This document shows, piece by piece, positions 1 to 9,120 of a stretch of DNA of 54,030 nucleotides. The first letter of the stretch is position 1. The number at the start of each line of letters is the position of its first letter. The notes under the pieces were generated by a model. The model was not told where the DNA came from and searched no databases. It was given only the letters and a program-made list of their open reading frames with translations. Source of the stretch: Escherichia phage BSBP01; sequence record PQ231202.1. One strand, given 5' to 3'. Position numbers and translations under genes: made by a program.

Positions 1-127
1 TCGGGATGAGGAGTAACCCAAATAAAAGCCTGAACTTTCTTTCTGCACAACACAATCAGCGCAACTAAGCCGTATCGCTACGGTATGCCAGACGCTCTCT
101 TGAGCCTTTTGAACAGAGGCATAACTG
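1..127. repeat. Exact 127-bp direct repeat of 53904-54030 (terminal redundancy or circular-assembly overlap)
   Basis: First 127 nt are identical to the last 127 nt of the window. Confidence 0.9.
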
Positions 128-749
128 TTGGAGGTAAATTGGCGGATTCGGTGAACTCCACGTTCACAATTACACAGTCGGCCTCGGATGCTTCATCCCT
201 ACCCCATCGTGCAGGTTTAATTAACTCTACGAATCCATTGAATTTGGTGACCGATACGTTGGTCAGACGCTGTGGCCTTTACGCGGCCAACGTGCCATTA
301 ATGCTGGCAAGACAGAGCTAACGTTCTCAAGCACTTTGGCGAGGATGTTCTCGGACACTGTTTTAGGAAGTGACCACCTGAACGTCTCGTGTTCATTACG
401 TTGACTTTACGGAGTCATCGGAGCTTCGTTCTCAAGCACGCCGTTTTCTTCTTTGGCCGGAGTCAAGCCGCAAGCCTTTGTCTCGGTGGACTAACCTTCT
501 CACACTAACGATGTGTAGCGGGACGTTCCAATCCTAGGAAGCAGCAATTTTAATTGCTATGCCCAGAGCAATTTGCAGGTTTGTTTGAGTTGGAGTCCTG
601 CTTCCAAACGCATGGGCTTACACCATCATCACAACAAGTTGCTAGAGTCTCGTTATTTAAAGTCGCGCACTCCCTCGACTATGATATACGTGTATTTAAA
701 GTCCCGTACCGGACTGCCAAATGAAATGCGATGGCGAGCATTTGTTCAC

Positions 750-959
750 TCACTGTCGGGTAAGTTTGGAACACTTTTGTGCCCACGTTTCATTGTGGAC
801 TAAAATCTGTGTTTTGGTTTCGCGTGACAAAACTTTCACTTCTGCAACATCCAAATAGATTGGTTGTGCAATTAAGCAATAATCACTTACGAACCCACTT
901 TGAGAGCAACTCACTATCGACATTGCTATCAGAACTGCTAGACACTTCTTTCTGAACAT
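750..959 (-). CDS. Putative o-spanin (outer-membrane lipoprotein), overlapped with the i-spanin in another frame
   Basis: ATG at 959 inside ORF 750..1076; N-terminus MFRKKCLAVLIAMSIVSC has a lipobox (IVS-C); short Cys-containing mature part. Confidence 0.45.
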   Translation of the reverse strand: MFRKKCLAVLIAMSIVSCSQSGFVSDYCLIAQPIYLDVAEVKVLSRETKTQILVHNETWAQKCSKLTRQ

Positions 960-1119
960 GCGTTTTAATCTCGATAGATTCTTTAATGGAATCGAATTGC
1001 TTCTCTGTGGCTTCCTGACGCTCCTCGGCTTTGCCTGAGCTTTTGCCTTTGAGGAACACTGCAATAATAATACCAAATGCAGTCAGGACGCCAAGAACTA
1101 TTGATTTAAGCTGTTGCAT
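883..1119 (-). CDS. Putative i-spanin-like type II membrane protein
   Basis: ATG start with AAGGTGA Shine-Dalgarno upstream; single N-terminal TM segment then charged periplasmic domain; o-spanin start embedded in it. Confidence 0.4.
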   Translation of the reverse strand: MQQLKSIVLGVLTAFGIIIAVFLKGKSSGKAEERQEATEKQFDSIKESIEIKTHVQKEVSSSSDSNVDSELLSKWVRK

Positions 1120-1831
1120 AAATCACCTTAGATGGCGCACGCACCACTTGAGCAGTCGTTGTCGCCAGCACCAGGAACGATTGCTTCTTCGTCCTGCTTT
1201 TTCTTGAGTTCTTCAATTGCTTCTTCGGCAGCACCGAAGTCTAAATTATCAAGTGCATCAAAATCCATGAGGACTCCAGTGTTGCGGGTTATTAAAAATA
1301 GCCCAGAGCCGTTATGCAGATATTAACAATTGTCTGCGAACGGGCTGGGCTTGGTAAGGTGGGGGGGTTTTGATAACGCAGGTTTTCCCGAACTGCGAGG
1401 CTTGTAGCAAGACAGCCGCATTACTTTGCGAATGCCAGCAGGATTGATAGTCCGACCGTCTTTGCTTAGGCAACCTGATTTAATCTACCTTTGTAGATAC
1501 CATCGGTTAGAGCAGTTTATTTCCATGCTAAGGGCAACTCACTTTAAATGAATTAAGTTTGTACTCTGTCACACTGCATCGCCCAGGTGTGCAGCCTAAG
1601 GTTGTCGGTTCATCGCAGAATACAAATTAATTATTGCTCCGATTTATTAATCACATCTCGAAGCCACAATGCGCCAAATTTGGTTACGTGGGATTGGAAG
1701 ACCACGGAGAGGACTTAAATTTAATTAAGCCGCAACTCGCATTTCAGAATCATTTGCACTTGTGTTTAAATGAATAAAACAGTCGCAATAACTCCAGGCA
1801 GTTTAGGCCCGTCGTAAGACTCAGAAAACTA

Positions 1832-1890
1832 CTTCAATAACACCACTCGTAAGTAATGTTATTGAAGCCCACTCTTCCTTTCAGAGTGGG
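1832..1890 (-). terminator. Two tandem perfect hairpins (10-bp and 8-bp stems) followed by a U-rich tract on the minus strand
   Basis: cttcaataac..gttattgaag and cccactct..agagtggg inverted repeats, about 77 nt downstream of the stop of gene 1967..2305. Confidence 0.3.
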
Positions 1891-1966
1891 TTCAAGGCAG
1901 CACCGGAAAACTTCCAGTGCATGCCAGATCGATTTAGCCTAGTCTCTCAAGTTTGCCATCGGCAAC

Positions 1967-2305
1967 TTAGAATACCGGAGCTTCTTCAACAGCAGCTTCA
2001 GCAGCTTCTGCAACACTTGCGTCAGCAACTTTAGCTTCTTTCGGAGTATCGAACTTAGTACGCTCAACTTCCGGCTCACCAGATTCAACCCACGGCAGGT
2101 AGAATGCCAGGAACTGCTCGATGGTGTTCTTCTGCATGGAGCGAGAACGGTCGATAGCGCCAACGGTGTTCAGGTACGCTTCGGCAGCTTTCTCAATTTT
2201 AGCACCGTTTTCCAGTTTGAAGTCATGTGCATTACACTCTGCTTCGGTCAGGAACAGGGAACCATCGTTAGCTTCGTACTGAGTTACGGTTACAATCTTA
2301 GCCAT
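1967..2305 (-). CDS. Hypothetical protein with acidic Ala/Glu-rich C-terminus ending in Phe
   Basis: 112-aa ORF; C-terminus AEAAEAAVEEAPVF. Confidence 0.55.
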   Translation of the reverse strand: MAKIVTVTQYEANDGSLFLTEAECNAHDFKLENGAKIEKAAEAYLNTVGAIDRSRSMQKNTIEQFLAFYLPWVESGEPEVERTKFDTPKEAKVADASVAEAAEAAVEEAPVF

Positions 2306-2380
2306 TTGTATATACCTTATATTGAATAGTTTTGCACGCCACGGTGACGTGACTTAGATAAAATTAAAGAGCCTTTCTCT

Positions 2381-2406
2381 TTCCACATCCAACTAATGTT
2401 TCAGAA
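2381..2406 (-). promoter_or_regulatory. Copy 1 of conserved intergenic motif (plus-strand TTCAnnTCCAACTAATGT), candidate phage RNAP promoter
   Basis: Near-identical about 20-bp element recurs 7 times, always intergenic and in the same orientation upstream of minus-strand genes. Confidence 0.3.
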
Positions 2407-2428
2407 CTGCTCTGATTCGTCAAACGAC

Positions 2429-3103
2429 TCAATATCTATTGAATCGTTCTAGTGTTTTATTTACTAAATCCTTTGTCTCATCGACAGTGAGTTCAGTGAT
2501 GATTGATTCGTCATAACCCTCAATCTGGATTGCTACAAAACGCCCAACTCCAGTCACAGTGAGTCGGTTTGTTCTGTCACGAACAACTACACCAGCTTCT
2601 TGCGCGACTGCTCGCAACAATTTCCAGCGTAAAGTTCGATTTGGCACAGCAAAGCCCTTTGCCGAGAACAACTCTTTCATGAGTTCTCCAAGACAAACAG
2701 CTTCAATGTTTTGTCCTCTTCCAACTAATTCTTGCAACAGGCACAGTGTCAACATTTCTAAATTGTTGAAGTGTCCAGCGCGCTCCAAATTAAAGAACTC
2801 TGGAGGAACAGTTGAACGAGATTTAACAGCTTGCTTATATGCACGTTCTTCTTCCTGTGCAGCAAGCATTAGCATCTCTGGCTTGATGTATTTCATAGCA
2901 GAGAAGCCAGCGCGTGTGGCTTTAATTATGCGACAAGCCTCTTTCATCTTGTAGCGTTGCCACTCACCGCGCTTCGATTCTGGATTAAAATGGACCCACA
3001 TAATGATAACATCTTCCTTGGCAAGATAGACGGCATCATTATCATTGAGCCATTGCTTACACGTTGATAGTGCAATCTCTTTGTCATCATCATGATAAGA
3101 CAT
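2429..3103 (-). CDS. Hypothetical protein
   Basis: Long ORF; start placed at internal ATG (MSYHDDD) 2 nt past the stop of the upstream gene. Confidence 0.55.
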   Translation of the reverse strand: MSYHDDDKEIALSTCKQWLNDNDAVYLAKEDVIIMWVHFNPESKRGEWQRYKMKEACRIIKATRAGFSAMKYIKPEMLMLAAQEEERAYKQAVKSRSTVPPEFFNLERAGHFNNLEMLTLCLLQELVGRGQNIEAVCLGELMKELFSAKGFAVPNRTLRWKLLRAVAQEAGVVVRDRTNRLTVTGVGRFVAIQIEGYDESIITELTVDETKDLVNKTLERFNRY

Positions 3104-3104
3104 T

Positions 3105-3431
3105 TTAGTGGCCTTGTAGGATACGTTTGTTCGCAGTTTCTGCGTCGATTCCCAAATCAACTAATGTCACCAAGCACTGCGAAATCCGCTCTTGCGCAGC
3201 TTTCTCCAGAATTTGGTATTTTTCGTTGTCAACGCCTAACACATTCTTGGCATGAATGAGTGTAGCCATTAGACCATGACCCAAAGCAACAGCTTGCATT
3301 GCCTGGAGTTCAAAGTTAATTGTGATGCCAGCGAGTTCGTGCTCTTTCTGGATAATCTCAATCAACTCTTCTTTAGATTTGTCTTGTAAGTTCAAAATGG
3401 AACTCCGTAAACTGGTTGGTTTGTTGTCCAT
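3105..3431 (-). CDS. Hypothetical protein
   Basis: 108-aa ORF in the co-directional gene array. Confidence 0.5.
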   Translation of the reverse strand: MDNKPTSLRSSILNLQDKSKEELIEIIQKEHELAGITINFELQAMQAVALGHGLMATLIHAKNVLGVDNEKYQILEKAAQERISQCLVTLVDLGIDAETANKRILQGH

Positions 3432-3712
3432 TCGCGGGTTGCGATTTGCATGGACTTGTTTGGGCCGCAGTAGAAATATTTCTTAACTTCTGCAAGGGTG
3501 TATTTAGCACTACATTCGAGTATATCTTTGAAAGTGTGCTTCCAGAACCCGTCCTTCTCAGAAATTCTTACGGTGAAGTTGTTGGTCCCGTTGTAATACC
3601 AACGCCCACCAACGAGAACGAAGTGGATTGTTTCTTCCTCCTCTTCCCCACTTGGCGAAGACATTAGCACATTTCTTAACGTCAAAACTTTAGCAGAATG
3701 CTTACGAACCAT
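3392..3712 (-). CDS. Hypothetical protein
   Basis: ORF 3392..3736 with start moved to the internal Met to limit overlap. Confidence 0.45.
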   Translation of the reverse strand: MVRKHSAKVLTLRNVLMSSPSGEEEEETIHFVLVGGRWYYNGTNNFTVRISEKDGFWKHTFKDILECSAKYTLAEVKKYFYCGPNKSMQIATREWTTNQPVYGVPF

Positions 3713-3911
3713 TTTGCAACTCCTTAATTTTGGCAATTAAGTCGCGCATGATTTTAGGGCCAATAGCCAAGTCACCAGTCATATCATAAAGGTCACTGCC
3801 TATTGCTTTTGCATTATTCTCCCAACCCTCAATAAGTTCTAACAATTCTTCAATTGTGTAGCCCTTAAACTGAAAGTTTTCGTTATTAATTACGCCGTAT
3901 TTTTGAACCAT
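3702..3911 (-). CDS. Hypothetical protein
   Basis: 69-aa ORF. Confidence 0.45.
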   Translation of the reverse strand: MVQKYGVINNENFQFKGYTIEELLELIEGWENNAKAIGSDLYDMTGDLAIGPKIMRDLIAKIKELQNGS

Positions 3912-4460
3912 AGGAACTCTCCAATTTTCGATTCAGTGTTTGTGACTTCTCTTCTCATCTTTTGGCCCATGAAACAGGCCACAGAGTTGCGAAAATAGCC
4001 CTGTTTTAGGGCCATAGTCCAACCGTTTGTGTCAATTCTGGATAACTGCATTGGCGAAGGGTTACTCCCGTTAGGGTGCGGCCTACGCATCATATCTGCA
4101 TAGCAGCCTGGCAAGCTGCGGAGGCCACAGAGGCTTTGCAACCCTTCCCAATACATTCACCCAATCCACCTGCTTTGGCATAGCTGGTGGCGCGGTTTTG
4201 TGCGGATTATGCCACTCTAAGCCCTGTTTGTCCGACTTCCTCAGAGCACCAGCAGCTTGTGGCACAAACCTATTTTCGAATGACTAACATAAGCATGAGG
4301 CACAACCCTCTAATTATTCAGCCCTAACAGCTTGCTTATTTAGTTCCAATTCATCCCAATACATCGCCTATAACAAGTGAATAGCTTTTCTGCGAAGAAG
4401 TATTCCGGCCCTTTGGCCTATGTTAAAAAGATAAATGTATATGATGGAAACATTCCATCT

Positions 4461-4550
4461 TGAAGTTCCCTCGCGCAATCGGAAGGACTCGAACCTTTCA
4501 CTCCACCCTTGTGCACAGGGCTTCTACCCAGACGATATGGAAGGAACTTC
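4461..4550 (-). ncRNA. tRNA-like structured element (non-canonical; possibly degenerate tRNA)
   Basis: Minus strand carries a T-arm-like AAAGG-TTCGAGT-CCTTC, an anticodon-like hairpin GCCCT-GTGCACA-AGGGT and a closing stem GAAGTTC/GAACTTC, but spacing is not canonical. Confidence 0.2.
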
Positions 4551-4564
4551 AATGATGTTGTCTC

Positions 4565-4589
4565 TTCAATTCCAACTAATGTTTCAGAA
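4565..4589 (-). promoter_or_regulatory. Copy 2 of conserved promoter-like motif
   Basis: cttcaattccaactaatgtttcagaa. Confidence 0.3.
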
Positions 4590-4651
4590 TTATTCCAATA
4601 TTCCAAACAAAAAGAATAATAAGAATAAAATTAAATAAATGAAGAAAGTGC

Positions 4652-4681
4652 TTGACACCCATTTGGCGATAAGTGTATAAT
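4652..4681 (+). promoter_or_regulatory. Near-consensus sigma70-type promoter on the plus strand (TTGACA-N18-TGnTATAAT)
   Basis: TTGACA at 4652-4657 and TATAAT at 4676-4681 with TG at 4674-4675 and an AT-rich upstream tract; points opposite to all genes. Confidence 0.35.
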
Positions 4682-4706
4682 GCCTTTCTTCCCTAAGAGG
4701 TCAGAA

Positions 4707-4730
4707 TCAAATTCTACTAATGTTTCAGAA
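4707..4730 (-). promoter_or_regulatory. Copy 3 of conserved promoter-like motif (variant)
   Basis: tcaaattctactaatgtttcagaa. Confidence 0.25.
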
Positions 4731-4791
4731 TTAAGCCGAAGGCCAATGCGAGTACAAAACCCGCTTGGCACTTCGACGGAACAGCCTGGAA

Positions 4792-5028
4792 CTACACTGC
4801 CTTCCAATCTGAATCAAACAGTTCCTTCGGTCTTGTATAAATTATCGAATTAATTCCCAAGAAAGTATGATTTCCATACTTCTTAACTTCCTGGTAAGCA
4901 AACCCATCTACCCAATTGCCGCAGTGGGTTTTAATCTTTGTAGCAAACAGAATTCGATAGTAGTGACCACGAGGCTGGTGGAAGAGAATATCTTCTGGCT
5001 TGATTGAGTTGATATTTAAATCAGACAT
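4792..5028 (-). CDS. Hypothetical protein
   Basis: 78-aa ORF overlapping the next gene by a few nt. Confidence 0.45.
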   Translation of the reverse strand: MSDLNINSIKPEDILFHQPRGHYYRILFATKIKTHCGNWVDGFAYQEVKKYGNHTFLGINSIIYTRPKELFDSDWKAV

Positions 5029-5563
5029 TTAGGAATAATACTCCTTCAGAGAAGATATAGTCGCTGCCGAAGTCTTTCACAATTGCTTCCCAATCAATAT
5101 ATGGTGCAAGGCGGTCTGGAATATCCAGTGCTTCACTTTGCTTGAAGTAGTCTGCAATTGAATCGCAACGAGTAATGAACATGTCGTTCAAATCATTCAC
5201 AGTGAAAATATCAATATCACCACTGCGGAATGCTGCAAGAATTACATCCAAATCGGTGTCAACAAGCAGCTCATTGAACTTATCATACTTGCGAATGCTG
5301 AACAGGCCATTGGCAAAGCAAACTTCTGTTACATCTGCTTCACTTGATTCAAGTATGTCATAAGTCCCATCTTCTGGGTATTCGATGCCGTATTCTTCAT
5401 GCAAATAATCCCGCATGTCGAAATCATAGTGACGCCAAGACAGGCCATCAATCCACGCATCTACAAATTCAGAATTAGTTTCGCCTGTGTAGAAACGAAC
5501 CAATAAGGTTTCATCTCTACGCCAGGACTTAAGATTTTCTATTGCTTGGATAATGGTGCTCAT
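5021..5563 (-). CDS. Acidic protein, possible ArdA-like antirestriction (DNA mimic) protein
   Basis: 180 aa, highly Asp/Glu-rich; C-terminal segment resembles the ArdA C-terminus by eye. Confidence 0.4.
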   Translation of the reverse strand: MSTIIQAIENLKSWRRDETLLVRFYTGETNSEFVDAWIDGLSWRHYDFDMRDYLHEEYGIEYPEDGTYDILESSEADVTEVCFANGLFSIRKYDKFNELLVDTDLDVILAAFRSGDIDIFTVNDLNDMFITRCDSIADYFKQSEALDIPDRLAPYIDWEAIVKDFGSDYIFSEGVLFLNV

Positions 5564-5838
5564 ATGCTCTCCATTGTGTCAGTTAATGCACTATGTATTT
5601 TACGAAGTTTTACTAATCTTTCCTCGCTATTTTTAATAAGCGTCCGCATAATAGCTTCTTTCTCATTGAAGCTAATTTTCATGGAAGTTTCTCCAACCTC
5701 CATATAAGCATTTAATCGAACTTCATCGCTTAGATTCAGCGCAGACATTTGATGCAATTCTTTCTTTGCCTTATCTATACGGGCATAGTGATGCTGAATC
5801 TCTGCTGGTATGTCTTGATAATTCATCGGATTCTCCAT
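5560..5838 (-). CDS. Hypothetical protein
   Basis: 92-aa ORF. Confidence 0.45.
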   Translation of the reverse strand: MENPMNYQDIPAEIQHHYARIDKAKKELHQMSALNLSDEVRLNAYMEVGETSMKISFNEKEAIMRTLIKNSEERLVKLRKIHSALTDTMESI

Positions 5839-5846
5839 TGATGAAG

Positions 5847-6260
5847 TTATGCTGGAAGTTCGAAGTGCGGCATATCAATCAGCTTCTTCTTACCTGGTGC
5901 AAGTGGTGGATACGGCTGATTTTCATCAATACGGCTCCAGTTCCCACCCCAACGAATGGTAATTCCAAGCTCTTTTGCAGCTTTGAACATGTGATGAGCT
6001 AAAACTTTGAATCGTTCGAGGTCATTCCAGTCAATTGGATATGGTGCAATGTCCAAAGCGTTACCAGACATGTGTCGGCTTACTGAAACTTTGGTTGCAC
6101 CTTGTTTTAACAGTTCTTGTTGACGTTCATAAGAGCGTAAACCTTCCAAAACAGTCACATCAAAAGGCATGGTTTCACATGCCCGTTTGAAAACTGCAAC
6201 TAATGAAGGATTTACTCCCTTAAGTCGGTCTAAAGAACGTTGACCGAGCTTAACATTCAT
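5847..6260 (-). CDS. L-alanyl-D-glutamate peptidase (M15 family) endolysin-type enzyme
   Basis: [11 protein letters not shown] and DMPHFE zinc-ligand motifs typical of M15 peptidases such as the T5 endolysin. Confidence 0.75.
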   Translation of the reverse strand: MNVKLGQRSLDRLKGVNPSLVAVFKRACETMPFDVTVLEGLRSYERQQELLKQGATKVSVSRHMSGNALDIAPYPIDWNDLERFKVLAHHMFKAAKELGITIRWGGNWSRIDENQPYPPLAPGKKKLIDMPHFELPA

Positions 6261-6535
6261 TATTTGCCCTTTAACGCATCGTTTAAAGTGTTGTTTAACA
6301 GTGTGTTGAGGTTATCAAGTTCATCAAATGATGCCTGAGCCTTGGTAACTTCATCAACAAGTAATGCTCGAAGTACTGCGTGCTCAACAAGCACCCATCC
6401 GTCAATACAGTCGATGAAAACTTTAACTTTATCAACTGGAGCATTTAAATCAAAGGCCGACAAGTCAGATTTGGCATTATCTAGCTTACCTTTTGCCTTG
6501 CTTAGTTCAACTGGAACTTGGTCAATCGAAATCAT
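6260..6535 (-). CDS. Hypothetical protein
   Basis: 91-aa ORF, start adjacent to the stop of the upstream gene. Confidence 0.45.
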   Translation of the reverse strand: MISIDQVPVELSKAKGKLDNAKSDLSAFDLNAPVDKVKVFIDCIDGWVLVEHAVLRALLVDEVTKAQASFDELDNLNTLLNNTLNDALKGK

Positions 6536-6765
6536 TGAAAGCTATTCCCACTAGGGTGAATGGTTAATTTGAAGGATACTAACTCTTTATTGATTGAGGT
6601 TGTTCCAATAACTGTTGCCTCAAACAACATAGATTTAGAAGTTTCCTTCCCCACACGTTCCAAGTATTTTACAACTCGGTCGTGAATTACTGCCCACTGG
6701 CGATATTCGCAATCAGATTCCAGCAGGTATTGAACCCCATCAATGGTAAATTCGGTTGAAGTCAT
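6532..6765 (-). CDS. Hypothetical protein
   Basis: 77-aa ORF with 4-nt overlap coupling. Confidence 0.45.
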   Translation of the reverse strand: MTSTEFTIDGVQYLLESDCEYRQWAVIHDRVVKYLERVGKETSKSMLFEATVIGTTSINKELVSFKLTIHPSGNSFQ

Positions 6766-7121
6766 TTCTTCTCCGCACAGCTGGTGGATAAGATAGGGTA
6801 GTTTGCTTTGAGGAAGTCTCCGTCACGGAAAATCTGAAGTACAAGTTTGTCTTCATGATTTATAAACAGTGCAGCAAACCTGCTATCTTTAATGTTGTAA
6901 AACAAAACTGTTGCAGGATTGGGTTCATCACTTGGAACCTCTATCCAAACACCAGCTTCAGGAATTATTGACGCAATCAGAGGTTGGCTATCTCCAATAT
7001 TATCAATTACAAGAGCATATGCTCCACATTTGAAGTTCTTTGTTGACGCTTTAGACTCAAAGCTGAAGAACGCCAAAACAATTAATGCTAAGGTATAAAT
7101 AATGATGTATTTAAGTCTCAT
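6762..7121 (-). CDS. Putative secreted protein
   Basis: N-terminal signal-like hydrophobic segment MRLKYIIIYTLALIVLAFFSFESKA. Confidence 0.45.
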   Translation of the reverse strand: MRLKYIIIYTLALIVLAFFSFESKASTKNFKCGAYALVIDNIGDSQPLIASIIPEAGVWIEVPSDEPNPATVLFYNIKDSRFAALFINHEDKLVLQIFRDGDFLKANYPILSTSCAEKK

Positions 7122-7173
7122 AATTCCTCCAATAATTAATCGAGGCCACTCGAAGTGGAATGACCTCTGTTAA

Positions 7174-7878
7174 TTACAGCTTCTTGATAAGCTCTGCGGA
7201 TTTGCTTGCAGCAACTTTCATTTCATCGCGTGCGGCTTTAGAGATTGATGCCTTGTCCACGCGAATATTACAGTTACCAACTGCAATCTTGCCATCTTCT
7301 GTTGGCGGAAGCTGAGTTAACTCCAGCATTTGCTCTAGCTTTTGCAGAAGAATGCGTTGTGCTTCGATTGCATTTTGAATATTTAATGTTTCCATTACTG
7401 CTCTCACCTTTCTTGAGAATGTTCCAGTTAGTGCCAGGCGTACTTGCAAACCTTTGACGCCAGCATAGTCCACATTCACTTTATTGGCTGGCGAATGTGG
7501 ATGTTTGTACACGTTTGTTACAGTTGCCCAATTGCCATTTACCCAAATAACATCGCCAACTTCCACATCTTTTCCGAGAACATCTTCTTCATCGGATATT
7601 TCCTGCTTCTTGAACTCCTCCACAGGAAGGAATACTGGATTTATTTGGTTAGGGAACTCAATTGTTGGGGTTTCCAAGGCTGGTGGTCTGTCAAGCAACT
7701 TGACTATACGACCAAGTTCAAAATTAAAGTACCCACCAGAATATTGCAGTTGAACTACATCACTAAATCGAAGTATATTTACAATTAAATATTCTCTGTT
7801 GTTATAGACTAATACATCACCAGTTTTAACCAGATTGGCTGGTATTTCGACAACCTTAGTTCCCATGATATTCCTCAC
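7174..7878 (-). CDS. Hypothetical protein
   Basis: 234-aa ORF. Confidence 0.55.
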   Translation of the reverse strand: MRNIMGTKVVEIPANLVKTGDVLVYNNREYLIVNILRFSDVVQLQYSGGYFNFELGRIVKLLDRPPALETPTIEFPNQINPVFLPVEEFKKQEISDEEDVLGKDVEVGDVIWVNGNWATVTNVYKHPHSPANKVNVDYAGVKGLQVRLALTGTFSRKVRAVMETLNIQNAIEAQRILLQKLEQMLELTQLPPTEDGKIAVGNCNIRVDKASISKAARDEMKVAASKSAELIKKL

Positions 7879-7987
7879 GCATTACTGCACAGTGTTTGCA
7901 AACCCAAATGGTTACATAATCGTTTTCGTGTGAAATTTCCCAATTATGTAGCCCTATAAAACATAAGATTTTCATAGGGCATCTCTA

Positions 7988-8365
7988 TTAGAACGGAATG
8001 TCGTCGTCGAAGTCTTTCGGCTCGTTCGGGTTGTAGTTGCTATTCTTCGTCTGTTGCTGAGCAGGTGCTTGCTGTTGTGCAGAAGGTTGCTGGCGTGGCT
8101 GTTGCTGTTGAGCGGCAGCTTGAGGTTGAGCTTTGGCTTTAGCTTTCTCTTCACGCTTACGCATCATTTCATCAACTTGTTCCTGAGTCATGATGGTGAG
8201 TTCCAATGAGGTAAATTCGGTGTTGCCAGCTTTCTTATTCCAGCCAGACACCCAATACCAGATACCTTCTACGTTAATGCGACCACGAACATCTGGATGA
8301 TTTTCAGCTTTCTTGAAGCTGTTGTTGCCCAGAATACCAGTGTTTAAATCGTTGAATTGTGCCAT
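7988..8365 (-). CDS. Small SSB-like protein ending in the host SSB tail motif DFDDDIPF
   Basis: N-terminal about 60-aa domain, Gln/Ala/Pro-rich linker, C-terminus DFDDDIPF matching the E. coli SSB tip as recalled. Confidence 0.55.
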   Translation of the reverse strand: MAQFNDLNTGILGNNSFKKAENHPDVRGRINVEGIWYWVSGWNKKAGNTEFTSLELTIMTQEQVDEMMRKREEKAKAKAQPQAAAQQQQPRQQPSAQQQAPAQQQTKNSNYNPNEPKDFDDDIPF

Positions 8366-8437
8366 GATTAATTTCTCTTTAAGTTAATTACAGTTTAAGT
8401 TTCAGTGACATTGCTAACCACGGAATAGCTTTGTCTC

Positions 8438-8458
8438 TCTTCAAATCCAACTAATGTT
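8438..8458 (-). promoter_or_regulatory. Copy 4 of conserved promoter-like motif
   Basis: cttcaaatccaactaatgtt, about 75 nt upstream of the SSB-like gene. Confidence 0.3.
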
Positions 8459-8499
8459 AGATTAATCATGGACACCTACAAGAGATGCCCATTGTTAAT

Positions 8500-8733
8500 T
8501 TAACGAGTCAGTTTGTCAAAGTACCACATATCTTTGGTAATCCACTCACCGCTTGGTGATTTAATGTAGCAACTACCATTGATTGTGTATTTGAACTCTG
8601 CTTGCTGCAATTCTGCAAAGGTTTTGCATTCATATTTGTAAACAAAGTATGTAGGCAGTCCAATGACAACCAGAACGGACAGCAACATTAGTACGAAAGG
8701 CACTACAATATCTTTCATAACCCAATTCATCAT
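8500..8733 (-). CDS. Small membrane protein
   Basis: N-terminal TM segment VVPFVLMLLSVLVVIGL. Confidence 0.4.
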   Translation of the reverse strand: MMNWVMKDIVVPFVLMLLSVLVVIGLPTYFVYKYECKTFAELQQAEFKYTINGSCYIKSPSGEWITKDMWYFDKLTR

Positions 8734-8832
8734 ATCCCCGCTTGTAGAAGGAGTAGGTTTGCAAAACCCAGAATAACTGTAAGTATAACGACACTGATAG
8801 TGAGTGTCAGTATTATATATTTGATACTGCCC

Positions 8833-9120
8833 TCACATTACCTTTGATACAGGAATTGGGTCGATTGTGGTTTCAGGTTTATACCAACTTACTTCGCCAG
8901 AATCTTTAACAAGCTCCCACAAATTGGAGAATGTACGATAAGATAAATTGCGGTTATCATCATTAACGACAAAACCCAAAGGAGATTGAATATACGCACC
9001 GAGTGTACCGTTGTTGCGAGGAACCCCGTCACCACGACCTGCGACGATTTTGTATTCTTTACCGTTGGTAAAGTTGTAATTTGTTTTACCAACATAACGC
9101 AAAATTGAATTCTTGTTCAT
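8833..9120 (-). CDS. Hypothetical protein
   Basis: 95-aa ORF. Confidence 0.45.
   Translation of the reverse strand: MNKNSILRYVGKTNYNFTNGKEYKIVAGRGDGVPRNNGTLGAYIQSPLGFVVNDDNRNLSYRTFSNLWELVKDSGEVSWYKPETTIDPIPVSKVM

Noticed and set aside
85-321. 78-aa plus-strand ORF starting inside the terminal repeat
   Set aside because: Only ORF on the opposite strand in a non-coding junction region, begins in duplicated sequence, no motifs.
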